Of a DNA stretch of 64,000 nt, positions 31,523 to 42,591 are shown piece after piece. Source of the stretch: Gammaproteobacteria bacterium. Its GTDB lineage: Bacteria > Pseudomonadota > Gammaproteobacteria > SZUA-140. The stretch spans positions 2,509 to 66,508 of the forward strand of contig JADLET010000084.1 in assembly GCA_020845975.1 (NCBI GenBank), written 5' to 3'. Position 1 is the first letter of the stretch. The number at the start of each line of letters is the position of its first letter. The notes under the pieces were generated by a model. It was not told where the DNA came from and did no database searches. It saw nothing but the letters and a program-made list of their open reading frames with translations. The translations under genes and the position numbers were made by a program.

Positions 31523-32451
31523 ACCAGCTCCGCGAAGTCGATCCCCTCGGCACGGGCGGCCATCGGCATTAACGAATGTGAGGTCATCCCGGGCACCAGG
31601 TTCGCCTCGAGCAGCCACGGCTCGTTGCGGGCATCCATGAGAAAATCGATGCGGCCCCAGCCACGCGCGCCGAGCAGATCGAAGGCCCGCAGGCACAGAG
31701 CGCGGACGCGCTCCTCCACCGCGGCGGAAAGACCGCTGGGACAGACATAACGCGTTTCGTCGGAGAGATACTTGGCGCGATAATCGTAGAACTCGCCATC
31801 TGGCTCGATACGGATCGTCGGCAGGGCGCGCCGGCCCAGGATCGCACAGGTAAACTCCGGATTGCCCGCACCGCAGGAAATGAATTTCTCCGCCATCACG
31901 GTCCGACCCGTATCACCGCGCGCGAGCGCGAACGCGGCCTTGATCTGGCTGGCGTCCTTCACCTTCGTGATGCCGACGCTGGAGCCCTCCTCCGAAGGCT
32001 TGACGATAAACGGGTAGCCCAGATCTCCCGCCGCGGAGCGCAGATCCCTTTCCGTCTCGACGAGACGATAATCCGGGGTCGGCAGACCTTCCGACCGCCA
32101 CATCCGCTTCGAACGCAGCTTGTCCATCGCCAGCGCCGATGCGAGCATACCGCTGCCGGTGCAGCGCAGACCGATAAGCTCCAGCACCGCCTGCAGGGTA
32201 CCGTCTTCACCCATGGTGCCGTGCATCACATTAAATGCGCGATCGAAGCCCTCGCGCTTCAGTCCGAACAGGCGCTCGCGATCGGGATCGACGCCATGCG
32301 CATCCACGCCGCGTCCGCGCAGGGCGTCGAGCACGGCCCGGCCACTCCACAGCGACACCTCGCGCTCCGCCGACCACCCGCCCATCAGCACACAAACCCG
32401 ACCGAACACGACCGGATCGCTCACGCGAAGGGTGTTCACGCGCTCAATCAT
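31462..32451 (-). CDS. ddl: D-alanine--D-alanine ligase
   Basis: VLMGGWSAEREVSLWSG and ATP-grasp motifs. Start placed at MIERV...; it overlaps the murB stop by 8 nt. Confidence 0.9.
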   Translation of the reverse strand: MIERVNTLRVSDPVVFGRVCVLMGGWSAEREVSLWSGRAVLDALRGRGVDAHGVDPDRERLFGLKREGFDRAFNVMHGTMGEDGTLQAVLELIGLRCTGSGMLASALAMDKLRSKRMWRSEGLPTPDYRLVETERDLRSAAGDLGYPFIVKPSEEGSSVGITKVKDASQIKAAFALARGDTGRTVMAEKFISCGAGNPEFTCAILGRRALPTIRIEPDGEFYDYRAKYLSDETRYVCPSGLSAAVEERVRALCLRAFDLLGARGWGRIDFLMDARNEPWLLEANLVPGMTSHSLMPMAARAEGIDFAELVWRILEETLDLPPASATEVS

Positions 32452-33385
32452 GGCCACCCTCCACCACCGACACGGGCTCGCCAACGATCCGCACCTCCGG
32501 CACCAGACGCACGCCCTGCAGCCGCTCGACGGTGTCGCGCACATGCAGGATCAGGGACTCGATGTCGGCGGCAGTGGCCGCGCCGTCATTAACGATGAAA
32601 TTGGCGTGCTTGCGCGACACCTCTGCCCCGCCGATGCGCGTCCCCTTGAGACCGCAGGCCTCGATCAGTCGTCCGGCGTAGTCGCCGGGCGGATTGCGGA
32701 ACACGGAGCCGCAGCTCGGCTGCCCCATCGGTTGCAGGTCAGTGCGGCGGGCAAGCAGTTCCTTAATCCGCGCGCGCGCCACTTCGGCATCGCCGGACTG
32801 CAGCCTCAGCTGCGCGGCGACAAACCATTCGCCAGCGGGCCCCTGCACGCTGCGATATCCAACCTCGTACTGATCAGGCGTGCGCCGGGTGATCTTGCCA
32901 CTCCGATCGATCGTATCGACGGATTGCACCAGGGACCAGGTCTCGCCGCCGAAGGCCCCTGCATTCATCGCGAGCGCGCCGCCCATGGCCCCGGGAATGC
33001 CAATCAGGAATTCTGTCCCGACCAGACCCGCATTCGCGCAATAGCGCGCCACCTTGGCGCATGGCGCGCCGGCGCCAACCTGCACGACCTCACCGTCCAT
33101 GAGGGTGATGTCGTCGAGCGCGGCGTTGGTGGCAATGACACTGCCGCGGATCCCGCCGTCGCGCACCAGCAGGTTGCTGCCGAGACCAATCAACATCACC
33201 GCTTCGTCCGCCGGCAATCCACCCATATAGCGCGCCAGATCATCAAGATCCGCGGGCTCGTAAAAATGGTCCGCCGAACCGCCCACGCGCCACGAGGTAT
33301 GGCGCGCCATGGACTCGCCGCGGCACAGGACGCCGCGTAGCGCCGGCGCATCGTGCCGTGACAGGGATGACTCGTCCAGCGCCAT
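32444..33385 (-). CDS. murB: UDP-N-acetylenolpyruvoylglucosamine reductase
   Basis: FAD-binding MurB pattern (WRVGGSADHFYEP..., GLGSNLLV). Start ATG shares the TGATG junction with the murC stop. Confidence 0.9.
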   Translation of the reverse strand: MALDESSLSRHDAPALRGVLCRGESMARHTSWRVGGSADHFYEPADLDDLARYMGGLPADEAVMLIGLGSNLLVRDGGIRGSVIATNAALDDITLMDGEVVQVGAGAPCAKVARYCANAGLVGTEFLIGIPGAMGGALAMNAGAFGGETWSLVQSVDTIDRSGKITRRTPDQYEVGYRSVQGPAGEWFVAAQLRLQSGDAEVARARIKELLARRTDLQPMGQPSCGSVFRNPPGDYAGRLIEACGLKGTRIGGAEVSRKHANFIVNDGAATAADIESLILHVRDTVERLQGVRLVPEVRIVGEPVSVVEGGHD

Positions 33386-34845
33386 CACACCACACCTCCC
33401 GCGCGCAATTGCTCGGACAGCCGCCCCGCCAGCGCCCCGATGTCGCCGGCGCCCATGGTCAGCAGAATGTCGCCCTCGACCAGCGTCGCCTGCAGCACGC
33501 GAGCAAGCTCCACACCGTCCCGCACGAACACTGGCTCGATTCGGCCACGCGCACGGACTGCGCGGCACAATGTGCGCGCATCGATACCCGGGATCGGCTC
33601 CTCGCCGGCAGCGTATACCTCCAGCATGAGCAGCTCGTCGGACTCCGACAACACGGAACTGAAATCCTCGAACAGGTCGCGCGTGCGGGAATAGCGATGC
33701 GGCTGGAATACCAGCACCAGGCGCCGCCCTGGCCAGCCGTCCCGGATCGCCTGTATCACCGCCTGGATCTCGCGTGGATGATGGCCGTAGTCGTCGATCA
33801 TCATGATGCGGCCACCCGGGGCCGTGATCTCGCCATAGGACTGGAAACGCCGCCCGATCCCCTGGAATCCCTGCAATCCGCTCAGCACAGCCGCGTCTGA
33901 TACGCCGAGTTCGCCCGCCACCGCCATCGCCGCGAGCGCGTTCAGTACGTTATGGCGTCCGGCCAGGTTAAGTCGAACCTCGAGCGGCGCCAGGCCACCG
34001 GGACGACTGACAGTGAAGCAGGATGTGGATCCCGCATGAACAACGTCTCCGGCGCGGAAATCCGCCTGCTCCGACATGCCATACGTGATCAGCGGGCGCG
34101 AGATCCCGGGCAACATCCCGCGAATCACGGGATCATCGACGCAGACGACCGCCAGACCATAAAACGGCAGGTTGTGCAGAAAGTCGGTGAAGGCCTGGCG
34201 CAGCTGCGCGAAATCGCCGTGGTAGGTCTCCATATGATCCGCATCGATATTGGTGACCACGGCCAGCAGCGGTTGCAGATGCAGGAAAGATGCGTCGCTC
34301 TCGTCGGCCTCGGCAACCAGGTAATTGCTTCCGCCGAGGCGGGCATTGGTGCCGGCGCTGTTGAGCCGTCCACCGATCACGAAGGTCGGATCGAGCCCGC
34401 CTTCCGCCAGCAGGCTGGCGATCAGACTGGTCACAGTGGTCTTGCCGTGAGTCCCGGCAACCGCCACGCCGTAACGGAAGCGCATCAGCTCGGCAAGCAT
34501 GGCGGCACGCGGCACGATCGGGATACGACGCTGCTGTGCCGCGACGATCTCCGGATTGGCGTCTCCGACGGCGCTTGATCTGACCACCACGTCGCAGTCT
34601 TCGATCAGCCCGGCATCATGGCCGATCACGATCCGGATGCCGCAGTCCCGCAGGCGTCGGGTGGCGGCATTGTCGGACAGGTCCGAACCCGACACCGTGT
34701 AACCCAGGTTGTACAGCACCTCCGCGATGCCATTCATCCCTGAGCCCCCGATCCCGACGAAATGGATATGGCGCACCCGACCCATGCGCACCGCGGGTTG
34801 CGTGCCGGAACCCGTCGCCATGCCGCTTGCGTTCGACTTAACCAC
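33385..34845 (-). CDS. murC: UDP-N-acetylmuramate--L-alanine ligase
   Basis: [22 protein letters not shown], same pattern as E. coli MurC. 486 aa. Confidence 0.95.
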   Translation of the reverse strand: MVKSNASGMATGSGTQPAVRMGRVRHIHFVGIGGSGMNGIAEVLYNLGYTVSGSDLSDNAATRRLRDCGIRIVIGHDAGLIEDCDVVVRSSAVGDANPEIVAAQQRRIPIVPRAAMLAELMRFRYGVAVAGTHGKTTVTSLIASLLAEGGLDPTFVIGGRLNSAGTNARLGGSNYLVAEADESDASFLHLQPLLAVVTNIDADHMETYHGDFAQLRQAFTDFLHNLPFYGLAVVCVDDPVIRGMLPGISRPLITYGMSEQADFRAGDVVHAGSTSCFTVSRPGGLAPLEVRLNLAGRHNVLNALAAMAVAGELGVSDAAVLSGLQGFQGIGRRFQSYGEITAPGGRIMMIDDYGHHPREIQAVIQAIRDGWPGRRLVLVFQPHRYSRTRDLFEDFSSVLSESDELLMLEVYAAGEEPIPGIDARTLCRAVRARGRIEPVFVRDGVELARVLQATLVEGDILLTMGAGDIGALAGRLSEQLRAGGVV

Positions 34846-35932
34846 GGGCCGCCTCCAGGCAGAGGCGGGCCACCTGCCGCGCCGACTCCGGCTGTGCCAG
34901 CCGACGCGCGGCCTGCGCCAGCCGCAGGATCTCGTCGCGCCCGTCGCTGGCGGCGGCGCGGCAAATTGCGCCCAGCAGCTCAGTCAACCGCTCCTCCAGC
35001 CGGGAATCCTGCGTAAGCAGCATGCCCGCGCCCGCATCGACCAGATAGGCGGCGTTGCGGGTCTGATGATCGTCTGCCGCGTGCGGAAAGGGCACCAGGA
35101 TCGCGCCTATCCCCGCAGCAGTCAGCTCGGCGATGGTCAGTGCGCCGGCCCGGCAGACCACCAGGTCCGCCCATGCGTAGGCCGCCGCCATATCGTCGAT
35201 GAAGGCCTGCACCTCGGCCTGAACGTCGAGGGCCGCATAGCTCCGCGCGACCACCGCGTCCTGCGCGCGTCCACTCTGATGACGGATCTGCGGGCGCTCC
35301 GCCGCGGACAGCGTCGCGATCACGCGCGGGACAGTCTCGTTCAGCGCTTGCGCGCCCTGACTGCCGCCCAGCACAAGCAGGCGCAGCGGACCCGTGCGAG
35401 CGCGCATACGCTCGGCGGGCTCGGGCAGCGCGGCGATCTCATCGCGCACAGGATTGCCGATCAGTTGTGGATGCAACCGTGCGGGCAGCGCCCCGGGAAA
35501 CGCCACCATGCAGCGGTCGGCAAGCATGGAAAGCCAGCGATTGGTCAGCCCGGCGACCGCGTTCTGTTCATGCACCAGCAAGGGCTTGCGCAACAGCCAG
35601 GTCACCAGACCGCCCGGACCAGCCGCAAAACCGCCCATACCGAGCACCGCCATCGGCCGGAAACGCAGGATGATCCGCAGGGACTGCAGCATCGCCCACG
35701 CCAGCCGGAACGGCAGTGACAGCCAGCGCAACAGCCCTTTCCCGCGCAGTCCGCCAATGGCGACGGTCGCGAGCTCGAAACCGGCGCGAGGCACAACCTC
35801 CGCTTCCAGGCCGGTCCGCGTGCCGAGCCAGAGGATGTCTGCGCCCTCGGAGCGCAGCTCGCGCGCCACAGCGATCGCGGGGAAGACATGCCCCCCGGTC
35901 CCGCCTGCCATGATCAGGATACGCGCCGCCAC
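34838..35932 (-). CDS. murG: UDP-N-acetylglucosamine--N-acetylmuramyl-(pentapeptide) pyrophosphoryl-undecaprenol GlcNAc transferase
   Basis: [24 protein letters not shown]. Likely GTG start just after the ftsW stop; the ORF-track ATG at 36037 would overlap ftsW by ~100 nt. Confidence 0.85.
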   Translation of the reverse strand: MAARILIMAGGTGGHVFPAIAVARELRSEGADILWLGTRTGLEAEVVPRAGFELATVAIGGLRGKGLLRWLSLPFRLAWAMLQSLRIILRFRPMAVLGMGGFAAGPGGLVTWLLRKPLLVHEQNAVAGLTNRWLSMLADRCMVAFPGALPARLHPQLIGNPVRDEIAALPEPAERMRARTGPLRLLVLGGSQGAQALNETVPRVIATLSAAERPQIRHQSGRAQDAVVARSYAALDVQAEVQAFIDDMAAAYAWADLVVCRAGALTIAELTAAGIGAILVPFPHAADDHQTRNAAYLVDAGAGMLLTQDSRLEERLTELLGAICRAAASDGRDEILRLAQAARRLAQPESARQVARLCLEAARG

Positions 35933-35933
35933 G

Positions 35934-37112
35934 TCAGTATGCCCCCACGTGACGCTGCAGGACGCGACGCGACTCGAGATCGATCCGGAGCAGCAGTCCC
36001 ATGGAAATACATGCGGCCAGCATGCTGCTGCCGCCATAGCTCATCAACGGAAGCGTGAGCCCCTTGGTGGGCAGCAGCCCCATGTTCACGGCGATGTTGG
36101 TATAGGCCTGCAGGCCGAACCACAGGCCGAGCCCGCTGGCCAGGTAGGCCGCGAACGGTTTGCCGGCCTGCTCTGCGCGGCGCGCGATCATGAAGCTCTT
36201 GGCCACGATGAAGGTAAACAACGCGATCACCGCGACCGAACCCGCAAGGCCGAGCTCCTCGGCAATCACCGCAAACAGGAAATCAGTGTGCGCCTCCGGC
36301 AGATAGAACAGCTTCTGGATGGAGCCGCCCAGGCCGACACCGAACCATTCGCCGCGCCCGAACGCGATCAGGGCCTGGGTAAGCTGGAAACCGCTGGCGA
36401 AGGGATCGGCCCACGGATTCAGGAAGGCGGTGACGCGCGCCATGCGATATGGCGACGAAACCGCGAGCACGGCCAGGGCGCACAACACGAATACCAGCAG
36501 CACGCCGAACTGCCAGATGCGCACGCCGCCCAGCAGCATCATGCCCATCGCTGTACCCATGAGCACCGCTGCAGCCCCGAAATCGGGCTCCGCCAGCAAT
36601 AACACACACAGCACTGCGAGCACGGCCATCGGCTTGGCGAATCCGCGCACCGCGTTGCGCACCTCGTCGCCGCGCCGCACCAGGTAGCCGGCGAGATAAA
36701 TGAACGTGAACAGCTTGGCGAATTCCGACGGTTGCACCCTCGCAACGCCAAGCGACAGCCAGCGCGTACTGCCGTTGACCTCCCGGCCGACTCCGGGCAT
36801 CAGCACCAGGATCAACAGCGCGAAGGCGGCGATGAGCAGCTTGCCGCTATGCCGTTCGAGGAACTCCAGCGACAGGGATGCGTAGATGAGAAACCCCGCC
36901 AATGCGCTTACACCAATATAGGCAATCTGATGCATCAGATAGTAGCTCGGCTGACCCAGCTCGCGCTCGGCGACGCCAAAGGAGGCGGAGGCCATCATCA
37001 CCAGGCCGAAACCGAGGGTGATCATCACTGCGTAGAGCAAGCCCATATCAACGCCCGGAGAATCGTCTCCCCGCACGGCGCGCTGTCCATGTGCAAGCAA
37101 CCGCGCGATCAT
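35934..37112 (-). CDS. ftsW: Peptidoglycan glycosyltransferase FtsW (SEDS family)
   Basis: 10-TM SEDS pattern. Position between murD and murG. 392 aa. Confidence 0.93.
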   Translation of the reverse strand: MIARLLAHGQRAVRGDDSPGVDMGLLYAVMITLGFGLVMMASASFGVAERELGQPSYYLMHQIAYIGVSALAGFLIYASLSLEFLERHSGKLLIAAFALLILVLMPGVGREVNGSTRWLSLGVARVQPSEFAKLFTFIYLAGYLVRRGDEVRNAVRGFAKPMAVLAVLCVLLLAEPDFGAAAVLMGTAMGMMLLGGVRIWQFGVLLVFVLCALAVLAVSSPYRMARVTAFLNPWADPFASGFQLTQALIAFGRGEWFGVGLGGSIQKLFYLPEAHTDFLFAVIAEELGLAGSVAVIALFTFIVAKSFMIARRAEQAGKPFAAYLASGLGLWFGLQAYTNIAVNMGLLPTKGLTLPLMSYGGSSMLAACISMGLLLRIDLESRRVLQRHVGAY

Positions 37113-38521
37113 GGGTCCAGCTCCTCGAAGGCGGCCACGAAGCGACGACCGCGATCCTCGTAACCGTTGAACATATCGAAGCTCGCGCAGGCGGGCGACA
37201 ACAGCACACTGTCCCCGGGTCGCGCCAGGGCGGCGGCGCGCACGACGGCCTCGCGCATGTCACCCGCATAATGAATCGAGGCGACGTTGTGCAGCGCTGC
37301 CTCAATCAGAGGCGCATCGCGGCCCATCAGTACCACGGCGCGCGCCTTGGTGGCGGCCAGATCGCGCAACGGGGAGAAATCCTGCCCCTTGCCAAGTCCG
37401 CCGGCGATCAGCACCACACGGCCGGGCAGACCGCCCAACGCCGCCAGGGTAGCCCCGACATTGGTTCCCTTCGAGTCGTTGTACCAGCGTACCCCGCGTC
37501 GTTCGCCGATCAACTGCATGCGGTGAGGCAGACCGGTGAAAGTGCGTAACGCGGCAAGCATTCCGCCGCGGGCGAGGCCAGCGGCCTCACCCAGCGCGAG
37601 CGCGGCCAGCGCGTTGAGCGCATTGTGACTGCCGCGCAGACCGAGGTCGTCCATCGCGATCAGGCGCTCACTTCCTAGCGCCAGCCAGGTCTGCCCTGCG
37701 GCATCGACCAGACCGTATTCTCCGTCTTCGGGGACGCCGGCGCCGAAGCTCCTGACGCTCCGCGGCGCCGGGATGCATCCGCTGAGGCTGGGATCGTCGC
37801 GATTGACGACCACTATGCCTTCGCCGGCGTAGATCCGCAGCTTGGCATCCAGATAGGCCTGCATATCGGGATAGCGATCGAGATGATCCGGGCTCAGATT
37901 CAGTATCACTGCGGCGCGCGGATTCAGGCTCTCGGTGGTCTCCAGCTGGAAACTCGACAGCTCAAGCACATAAAGCTCCGGCGGCGATGCCTGCAGCAGA
38001 TCGAGCGCCGGCGTGCCGATGTTTCCGCCCACGCGCACATCACGGCCATCCGCCTGCGCCATGGCGCCGACCAGGGCGGTCACCGTGCTCTTGCCGTTGG
38101 AACCGGTAATGGCCAGCACCGGCGCGTCCGCGCAGCGCGCGAACAGCTCGATATCACCCAGGATGGGAATGCCTCGCTCGCGGGCGCGGCGCAGACAGGG
38201 CTCATCCAGAGACACGCCCGGACTGAGCAGGATGCGTGCGCAGCGCTCCAGCGCCGGCGCGGAGAACTCTCCCAGATGCAGGGGTACATCCGCCAGCTCG
38301 CGCCGGGCGGCCTCAATACCGGGCGGCTCCGCGCGGCTGTCCGTGATCTCGACCGACAGGCCGAGGTCGCGCAGCAGACGCGCGCATGACAGGCCCGTGA
38401 GACCAAGCCCGACCACCAGGGTTACGCCGTCGAAACCGAGCCGCGCGCACAATGACCGGCGCCACTCCGGATCGGAGCGCATCATGACGGGAAGATCGCG
38501 TTTGACAGACTGTGCGTTCAT
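37109..38521 (-). CDS. murD: UDP-N-acetylmuramoylalanine--D-glutamate ligase
   Basis: Mur ligase motifs (ITGSNGKST). Start at MNAQ..., overlapping the mraY stop as TGATG. Confidence 0.9.
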   Translation of the reverse strand: MNAQSVKRDLPVMMRSDPEWRRSLCARLGFDGVTLVVGLGLTGLSCARLLRDLGLSVEITDSRAEPPGIEAARRELADVPLHLGEFSAPALERCARILLSPGVSLDEPCLRRARERGIPILGDIELFARCADAPVLAITGSNGKSTVTALVGAMAQADGRDVRVGGNIGTPALDLLQASPPELYVLELSSFQLETTESLNPRAAVILNLSPDHLDRYPDMQAYLDAKLRIYAGEGIVVVNRDDPSLSGCIPAPRSVRSFGAGVPEDGEYGLVDAAGQTWLALGSERLIAMDDLGLRGSHNALNALAALALGEAAGLARGGMLAALRTFTGLPHRMQLIGERRGVRWYNDSKGTNVGATLAALGGLPGRVVLIAGGLGKGQDFSPLRDLAATKARAVVLMGRDAPLIEAALHNVASIHYAGDMREAVVRAAALARPGDSVLLSPACASFDMFNGYEDRGRRFVAAFEELDP

Positions 38522-39603
38522 CAACGTATCTTCAGACTGGCCAGACCGATCAATACCAGGATGACCGTGATAATCCAGAAGCGCACGATTACCCGCGGCT
38601 CCGGCCATCCCTTCAACTCGAAATGGTGATGCAGTGGCGCCATCCGGAATATGCGCCGCCCGGTCAGCTTGTAGGAGGCCACCTGCATGATGACCGACAG
38701 CGTCTCCATCACGAACACACCGCCCATAATTATCAGCACTACCTCCTGACGCACAACGACGGCAAGCATGCCGAGCGCCGCGCCAAGCGCCAGGGCGCCG
38801 ATGTCGCCCATGAACACCTGGGCGGGATGGGTGTTGAACCAGAGAAAGCCGAGTCCGGCGCCTACTATCGCGCCACAGAACACCACCATCTCGCCCACGC
38901 CGGGGACATAGGGTATGCCGAGATATTCCGAAAAACGCGCATGCCCGGTGGCATAGGCGATGATGCCGAGCGCGCCCGCGACCAGCACCGCGGGCAGAAT
39001 GGCGAGGCCATCCAGACCGTCGGTGAGATTTACCGCATTACTGGTGCCGACGATGACGAAATAGGACAGCGGAATAAACCACCAGCCCAGATCAAGGGAG
39101 ACGTCCTTGAAAAAAGGCATGATGAAGCGCGTCTCGATCGGAGACACCGCACTGTTGAACAGATAGACCGAGGCGGCGATGCCAATCAGCGATTGCCAGA
39201 AAAACTTCTGGCGAGCGGACAGCCCCTTGGAATTCTTCAGGATAAGTTTCTTGTAGTCGTCCACCCCGCCCACGATCCCGAACAGCAGGGTCACGGCCAG
39301 CACCAGCCAGACATACCGGCTCGACAGGTCGCCCCACAACAGGGTGCTGACGCCAATCGCCACCAGGATCATCGCACCGCCCATGGTCGGCGTGCCAGCC
39401 TTGCTGAGGTGACTCTGCGGACCGTCGGTGCGCACCATCTGCCCGATCTGGTAGTGGGCCAGCTTGCGGATGATCACTGGCCCGACCACAAAGGATATCA
39501 GCAATGCCGTCAGCACTCCGAGGATCGAGCGCAGGGTGAGATAACGGAATACGCCGAATCCGCTGTAGATCTGTGTCAGGTAATCGGTCAGATAGAGCAG
39601 CAT
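38521..39603 (-). CDS. mraY: Phospho-N-acetylmuramoyl-pentapeptide transferase
   Basis: [29 protein letters not shown] parallels E. coli MraY. 360 aa from the internal start. Confidence 0.93.
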   Translation of the reverse strand: MLLYLTDYLTQIYSGFGVFRYLTLRSILGVLTALLISFVVGPVIIRKLAHYQIGQMVRTDGPQSHLSKAGTPTMGGAMILVAIGVSTLLWGDLSSRYVWLVLAVTLLFGIVGGVDDYKKLILKNSKGLSARQKFFWQSLIGIAASVYLFNSAVSPIETRFIMPFFKDVSLDLGWWFIPLSYFVIVGTSNAVNLTDGLDGLAILPAVLVAGALGIIAYATGHARFSEYLGIPYVPGVGEMVVFCGAIVGAGLGFLWFNTHPAQVFMGDIGALALGAALGMLAVVVRQEVVLIIMGGVFVMETLSVIMQVASYKLTGRRIFRMAPLHHHFELKGWPEPRVIVRFWIITVILVLIGLASLKIR

Positions 39604-39604
39604 T

Positions 39605-41059
39605 TCAGCCCCCCAGCCCTGCCTGTCGCGCCGGCGCCGGACCGCTCGAACCGCCGCCCGCCGCCTCGTCGGCAACCGTAATGGCGTCGACCACATGCTC
39701 CATGCGCGTGCTGCGCGAGCCCTTGACGAGCACGGTGACCGGCGTGGGTGTGAGGGCGGCAAGATCCGCCTGCAGGGCCGCAATCAGCGTGGCCTGATCT
39801 GGATAGTGGCCGGCGCCCTTGCCAAAGGCGCCGGCAACGGTGCGCGCCAGTTCGCCGACCGCATAGACACGGGAAACTCCGATCGCGCGCGCCTGACGCC
39901 CAACCTGTTCGTGCAGCGCCTGACCGGCGTTGCCGAGCTCGCCCATATCGCCCAGCACCAGTATCTTCTCGCCGTCGGCGCCACCCACCGCCAGCACCTC
40001 CAGCGCCGCCTTCACCGAGCCCGGGTTCGCGTTATAGGTATCATCAATGACACGCGCCCCGTGGATACCGCGCCTGAGCTGCAGGCGCCGTTCGACCGCG
40101 CGCATGGACTCGAGCCCGAAGGCGATGTCCGCAACTCCCAGTCCTGCGGCATGTGCCGCCGCCGCCGCGGCCAGTGCGTTCATCACGTTGTGGCGGCCGG
40201 ACAGACTGAGCTCGACCGCCGCCTCGCCCCCCGGCGTGATCAGCGTGAAGGAGCAGCCAAGGACTGCATTGAGGTGCAGGTCACGCGCCGTCACGTCGGC
40301 GGGATAACGCAGGCCGAAGCTGACGATGCGATGCGGCGCGGCCATGACCCGCCATAACCCCTCGCGTGGATCATCGGCGTTGATCACAGCGCAACCGTCC
40401 GGACCCAGTCCGGAGAAAATCTCGCCCTTGGCGCGCGCCACACCGGCGATATCGCCGAATCCCGCCAGGTGGGCGGGCGCGGCGTTGGTGATAAGCGCGA
40501 CCGTGGGACGCGCGAGACGTGTGAGATATTCGATATCCCCGGGCTGATTCGCGCCCATCTCGATCACTGCGCCGCGATGCTCGCGCCGCAGATTGAACAA
40601 CGTGAGCGGGACGCCGATGTCGTTATTCAAATTACCGTGCGTACTGAGCGCGCTCCCCCGCGTGGCCAGAATGGCGGCCAGCATCCCCTTGACCGTGGTC
40701 TTGCCGTTGCTGCCGGTCACTGCGATGAGTGGTATGGGAAAGCGCTCACGCCAGGCGGAGGCGAGCCGGCCCAGTGCGAACCGGGTATCTGCGACGCACA
40801 CAACGGGCAACGCGGTGGCGACATCGCGATGCACCAGCGCGGCGACCGCGCCGCGCGCCGCCGCGGCGGCGAGATACTCGTGCGCGTCGAAGTTGCGTCC
40901 CTGCAAGGCAATGAACAGGGCGCCCGCTCCCAGCGTACGGGTATCGGTGCCGACCGTATCGAAACGCCGGTCCGCGCCGCGCAGCTCACCATCGACCAGC
41001 AGCGCCAGCTCGCTCAGCGTCATGCCGCCCTCGAGCGCCACGTCATGCAACACGGTCAT
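39605..41059 (-). CDS. murF: UDP-N-acetylmuramoyl-tripeptide--D-alanyl-D-alanine ligase
   Basis: Mur ligase domains ([11 protein letters not shown]). Dcw position. Confidence 0.93.
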   Translation of the reverse strand: MTVLHDVALEGGMTLSELALLVDGELRGADRRFDTVGTDTRTLGAGALFIALQGRNFDAHEYLAAAAARGAVAALVHRDVATALPVVCVADTRFALGRLASAWRERFPIPLIAVTGSNGKTTVKGMLAAILATRGSALSTHGNLNNDIGVPLTLFNLRREHRGAVIEMGANQPGDIEYLTRLARPTVALITNAAPAHLAGFGDIAGVARAKGEIFSGLGPDGCAVINADDPREGLWRVMAAPHRIVSFGLRYPADVTARDLHLNAVLGCSFTLITPGGEAAVELSLSGRHNVMNALAAAAAAHAAGLGVADIAFGLESMRAVERRLQLRRGIHGARVIDDTYNANPGSVKAALEVLAVGGADGEKILVLGDMGELGNAGQALHEQVGRQARAIGVSRVYAVGELARTVAGAFGKGAGHYPDQATLIAALQADLAALTPTPVTVLVKGSRSTRMEHVVDAITVADEAAGGGSSGPAPARQAGLGG

Positions 41060-42591
41060 ATCGTCTCCTCCAGCAGGCGGCGCACCTGATCGCGATCGCT
41101 GAATGGGAGACGCTCATCACCCACCTGCTGATAATCCTCATGCCCTTTGCCGGCAACCAGGATGACGTCTTCGGGCCGGGCGGACCCGATGGCGTGCCGC
41201 AGCGCGGCCGCGCGATCAGGGATGCGCGCCACATCCTCCGCGCGCTCGACACCCGCCAGGATCTCTTCGATGATCGCCTGCGGAGACTCATGGCGGGGAT
41301 TGTCGCTTGTCACGACGACGTGATCGGCATAGTGCGCGGCCGCCGCGCCCATTAGCGGACGCTTGCCTCGGTCACGATCGCCGCCGCAGCCGAACACGCA
41401 CCACAGCCGACCCGCGCTATGAGGGCGCAGGGTTTGCAGCGCCTGCTTCAGTGCATCGGGGGTATGCGCGTAATCGACGATCACCAGGGGTCCCGATCCG
41501 TTGGCGCGCTCGAACCGCTCCATGCGCCCCGGCACCGCGCCCAGATTCTCAAGGCGCGCCAGCGCCTCATCGAACGGCAGTTCCATCAACAGCAGCATCG
41601 CGAGCACCGCGAGCAGATTGCTGACATTGAAATCACCGAGCAGGGCGGTATGCAGCGCGCCTTCGCCCCAGCTCGAGCGGATGCGCAACTCCATGCCGGA
41701 GAGGTCTCGCCGGGCCACGGCCCCGCGCACGTAACGCACCCCATCCACGCGGCCGATCCCTTCGCCCAGACCATAGCTCACCCCGACGATCGGGCGCGCA
41801 AGCCCGGCCTGCAGCTCACGCCCGAAGGGATCATCCTCATTGATCACCGCATAACTGAGGCCCGGGACCAGAAACAATTTCTGCTTGGCGAACGCGTACG
41901 CGGTCAGATCACCGTGATAATCGAGATGGTCGCGGGTGAGATTGGTGAAGATTGCCGCATCAAAAGCCACCCCTCGCACGCGCTCCTGCTCCAGCGCATG
42001 CGAGGAGACTTCCATCACGACGCGGCGAATCCCCGCGGCGCGCATGACGGCGAGTTCCGCCTGCAGAGTCACGGCATCCGGCGTGGTGTAGGCGCCCGGA
42101 CGAAGTGCTCCGTAGGCGCCATAGCCGAGCGTGCCGATCACGCCGCAGGGGGCCCCGTCCCTGAGCAGCGCCTGCGCCAGGTAATGACAAACGGAGGTCT
42201 TGCCATTGGTGCCGGTAATGCCGATCACGAGCATGTCGCGCGATGGATCCTCATAGAAGCGCGCGGCGATGACCCCGAGTTGACGTCCGAGGCCGGCGAT
42301 ACCCACCAGCGGCACCCCGCACTGCTCCATCATCGACAGGCTGACGCGCGCGTCCGGCTCGTAGACGACGGCGCGGGCGCCCGCGCGCACGGCGGCATCG
42401 ATATACTCCGCGCCGTGAGTGCGTCCGCCGGAACAGGCCAAAAACAGATCTCCGGGCACTATCCGCCGGCTGTCCGTCTCCAGCCCCGCGATCTCGGGAT
42501 CATTTCCCGCGTCCACGGCGACAAGGCCCTGCAGCAATGTGCTCAGCCGCTGCGGTCTGGGATTCACGGCGAGATTTCGCACGGACATCAC
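41056..42591 (-). CDS. murE: UDP-N-acetylmuramoyl-L-alanyl-D-glutamate--2,6-diaminopimelate ligase
   Basis: ITGTNGKTS; DNPR motif. ATGA overlap with ftsI. Confidence 0.93.
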   Translation of the reverse strand: MMSVRNLAVNPRPQRLSTLLQGLVAVDAGNDPEIAGLETDSRRIVPGDLFLACSGGRTHGAEYIDAAVRAGARAVVYEPDARVSLSMMEQCGVPLVGIAGLGRQLGVIAARFYEDPSRDMLVIGITGTNGKTSVCHYLAQALLRDGAPCGVIGTLGYGAYGALRPGAYTTPDAVTLQAELAVMRAAGIRRVVMEVSSHALEQERVRGVAFDAAIFTNLTRDHLDYHGDLTAYAFAKQKLFLVPGLSYAVINEDDPFGRELQAGLARPIVGVSYGLGEGIGRVDGVRYVRGAVARRDLSGMELRIRSSWGEGALHTALLGDFNVSNLLAVLAMLLLMELPFDEALARLENLGAVPGRMERFERANGSGPLVIVDYAHTPDALKQALQTLRPHSAGRLWCVFGCGGDRDRGKRPLMGAAAAHYADHVVVTSDNPRHESPQAIIEEILAGVERAEDVARIPDRAAALRHAIGSARPEDVILVAGKGHEDYQQVGDERLPFSDRDQVRRLLEETI